The notes below the pieces were generated by a model. The model searched no databases. It was not told the DNA's origin and was given only the letters and a program-made list of their open reading frames with translations. Positions 61,983 through 64,000 of a DNA stretch of 64,000 bases are shown in pieces (positions within the stretch are counted from its first letter, which is position 1; each line of letters opens with the position of its first letter). The stretch lies in contig ML992507.1 in NCBI GenBank assembly GCA_010093995.1, forward strand, positions 488,673 through 552,672, given 5' to 3'. Position numbers and translations under genes: made by a program. The DNA comes from Elsinoe ampelina (taxonomy: Eukaryota).

Positions 61983-64000
61983 TCAGTTCCACAGACGTAT
62001 CGTGCCATCCGCTCCAGCACTGACCAGCCAAGGCTGGCTCGGATGCCAGTCCAGATCCAGCACACCCAGCTCGCTTGTAACCTTGTGTCCCTTGAGCACC
62101 TTGAGCGGCACAATCGTCGCATTCTCCAAGCTGTCGTTTACCACCTTTCCGTGGAAGACCTGTATGCTGCCGTCATCACTTGCATCGGCGAACAATGGAT
62201 ATTGTCCTGAGCTGGGATGGTACTTCACACTTCTGATCGCCTTCTCATGGTATCGTAAGGTCTTGTAGGGAGTCGCTCCCAGGTCGAGATCATGCCATAG
62301 TAATCGACGATCGTATGATCCCACGAGTAGATTGTCACCACCTGCATGAACATCGATCGAGCTGATCCACCGAGCACCAGGCTTGAGCTCCTTCTCGAGC
62401 TTCTGCTCTTGCAGGTCGTACACCCGGATGGATTGACGGGTTGCGACGAAAAAGAGTGGGCGGGTCGGATGGAACGAGCATGTCTGTGCCAGTCCACGGA
62501 GTCTCCGGAAGGGATGTTGAGTAAGGTGCTTCGATAGCGTGTGGATACTGACTGCCTGCGAAGCGCCGGCAGGTGACACAGTGCTGAAGTAGTCGCCCCG
62601 CCTGTGCCAATTGATCACCTTGACGGCCGATCTGACTGTACACGAAAGAAGGATACCCCGCTCGACGAGTTTCGGCAGAGGACGAGCCCAGACTGCTGGC
62701 TTCGGCTTGGTTGTGTCTTGGACTGTGGTGCTTTGTGTGGTGGCGTACCCGAACCCTGCATCCAGCGCATCTCGGCTTGCCTCTTCTACCTCGGGAGCAC
62801 AGAGTGGTGCAGGTACGGCAAAGAAGACTGTCTCGCCCACTGCAGCCGACAGGATAAGGGTATCACGACTGGGACGCCATCGGACTGTATTGACTGTCTC
62901 TTCGGTCGAAAGTCGCGCGCTCCACAGCTGTCGTCCTGTGAGCAGTTCCCAAACACGGATAGTGCCATCATCACCGCCACTTGCAAGGAACAAGCCAGAT
63001 GGGTCAATGCATACGCTTCGTACCCGACCTTCATGACCGCGATAAAGAGTGGCACAGACGGTTGGGAAAGGTCGAAGTTCGTCTGGTGACGGCAATTTCG
63101 GCAGCAACGATTCCGGATCAATGTTGAGCTTGGAACGCCGTACTCGTGGAGCCAGATAGAGATCCAAACATCGCTCGAACTTTTCCTTGATGAATCTTGC
63201 GTATCCCGGGACCTTCCGGAGTGCTGTGTGATCTGTAGGAAGATACTCCTTGTCGCGGTCCTCTTCATCTGCGTCTTCCCAAGCCTTCCTCTCTTGCTGG
63301 TCCGGAAGATACTCAGGCGGAGGGTGATATGATTCTTCGTAGCCGGGAGGGGGGAGCTTTGGAGCGGGTATGTTCATGATGTGATCTGGTCGTGGTTGCT
63401 CATCAGCCCAGATGTCATAGGTCTTGTAATCCGCCTCTTTCTCCTCGTCTCTCTCTTCAGGTTCCTTGTAAGGCTTAATCCGCCCCTCCCTAATTGCTCT
63501 GACCATCTTCATAACCCGTTTTTGCTCGTGCTTGCTCGGAATGAATCTTCGCTTGGGCTCAGGCGCCGCGCTCAGCGGCATAATTTCTTCGTGACTTGTG
63601 AACCATTCCACCATGTCGGGGTAGGGGTCGTAACCTTCACCGGGTGCCTCATTCCTGGTCAAGCGTTTCAAGAGATCCAGCTCTTCAGTACTGAGCGCCA
63701 GAGGCTTCCCAGTAGCTGGGTCTGTCAGTCCCGTCCATCCTTCAGGTATGTCGATGCTGTCTAACAATGCGTCCAGCGCTTCGCCCTTGGCAGGTCTCTG
63801 GATCTTCTTCCCGTTGATGTCATAGCCGATGTGCGGATATGCGTCGTAGAAGGACAGAGGTATATTGCCAATCGTGTTTGTAGTCTGAGGCGCATCTGAG
63901 TCGTCGGAATCGTATTCAGGCTCGATCTCTGGATACAGGTATCGAATGTTGCCATTGGCGTCCACAGTCTCTTCCAGCTCGATGTCTTTCTCCTCGTCAT
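61983..64000 (-). CDS. ERB1: Ribosome biogenesis protein Erb1/BOP1 (5' end lies beyond the window)
   Basis: [57 protein letters not shown]40 repeats ending [12 protein letters not shown]. Confidence 0.97.
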   Translation of the reverse strand, partial: DEEKDIELEETVDANGNIRYLYPEIEPEYDSDDSDAPQTTNTIGNIPLSFYDAYPHIGYDINGKKIQRPAKGEALDALLDSIDIPEGWTGLTDPATGKPLALSTEELDLLKRLTRNEAPGEGYDPYPDMVEWFTSHEEIMPLSAAPEPKRRFIPSKHEQKRVMKMVRAIREGRIKPYKEPEERDEEKEADYKTYDIWADEQPRPDHIMNIPAPKLPPPGYEESYHPPPEYLPDQQERKAWEDADEEDRDKEYLPTDHTALRKVPGYARFIKEKFERCLDLYLAPRVRRSKLNIDPESLLPKLPSPDELRPFPTVCATLYRGHEGRVRSVCIDPSGLFLASGGDDGTIRVWELLTGRQLWSARLSTEETVNTVRWRPSRDTLILSAAVGETVFFAVPAPLCAPEVEEASRDALDAGFGYATTQSTTVQDTTKPKPAVWARPLPKLVERGILLSCTVRSAVKVINWHRRGDYFSTVSPAGASQAVSIHTLSKHLTQHPFRRLRGLAQTCSFHPTRPLFFVATRQSIRVYDLQEQKLEKELKPGARWISSIDVHAGGDNLLVGSYDRRLLWHDLDLGATPYKTLRYHEKAIRSVKYHPSSGQYPLFADASDDGSIQVFHGKVVNDSLENATIVPLKVLKGHKVTSELGVLDLDWHPSQPWLVSAGADGTIRLWN

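Overview
Genomic DNA of a filamentous ascomycete (Pezizomycotina; short introns of about 50 nt). Gene-rich, GC-balanced islands alternate with two AT-rich blocks (1-3590 and 17006-46157) that carry the CpA/TpG-to-TpA signature of RIP (repeat-induced point mutation). Block 1 contains a complete RIP-degraded PIF/Harbinger transposon. Block 2 is a Ty1/copia element with 259-bp LTRs and an ACAAG target-site duplication (TSD). Its reverse transcriptase is interrupted by a 23,760-bp DNA element bounded by terminal inverted repeats (TIRs) with a 2-bp TSD (CT). Reversing the RIP changes by eye shows that this element encodes a Plavaka-family transposase, a SNF2-family ATPase with motifs I, Ia, II, III, V and VI readable, a diverged SNF2 paralogue with degenerate motifs, duplicated modules and other unidentified ORF relics. 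None of this is recoverable from the ORF track. Host genes are a DUF2256/DUF3253-like protein, an F-box protein, APQ12, a Goodbye-NACHT-TPR-ZZ NLR split by an in-frame stop, PPN1, a phacA-fahA-hmgA cluster, an unannotated 88-aa repeat protein ending in SKL, TRS65, RXT2, SGM1, a Nit-family amidase and ERB1 (partial). All relic translations were done manually and no database searches were run.
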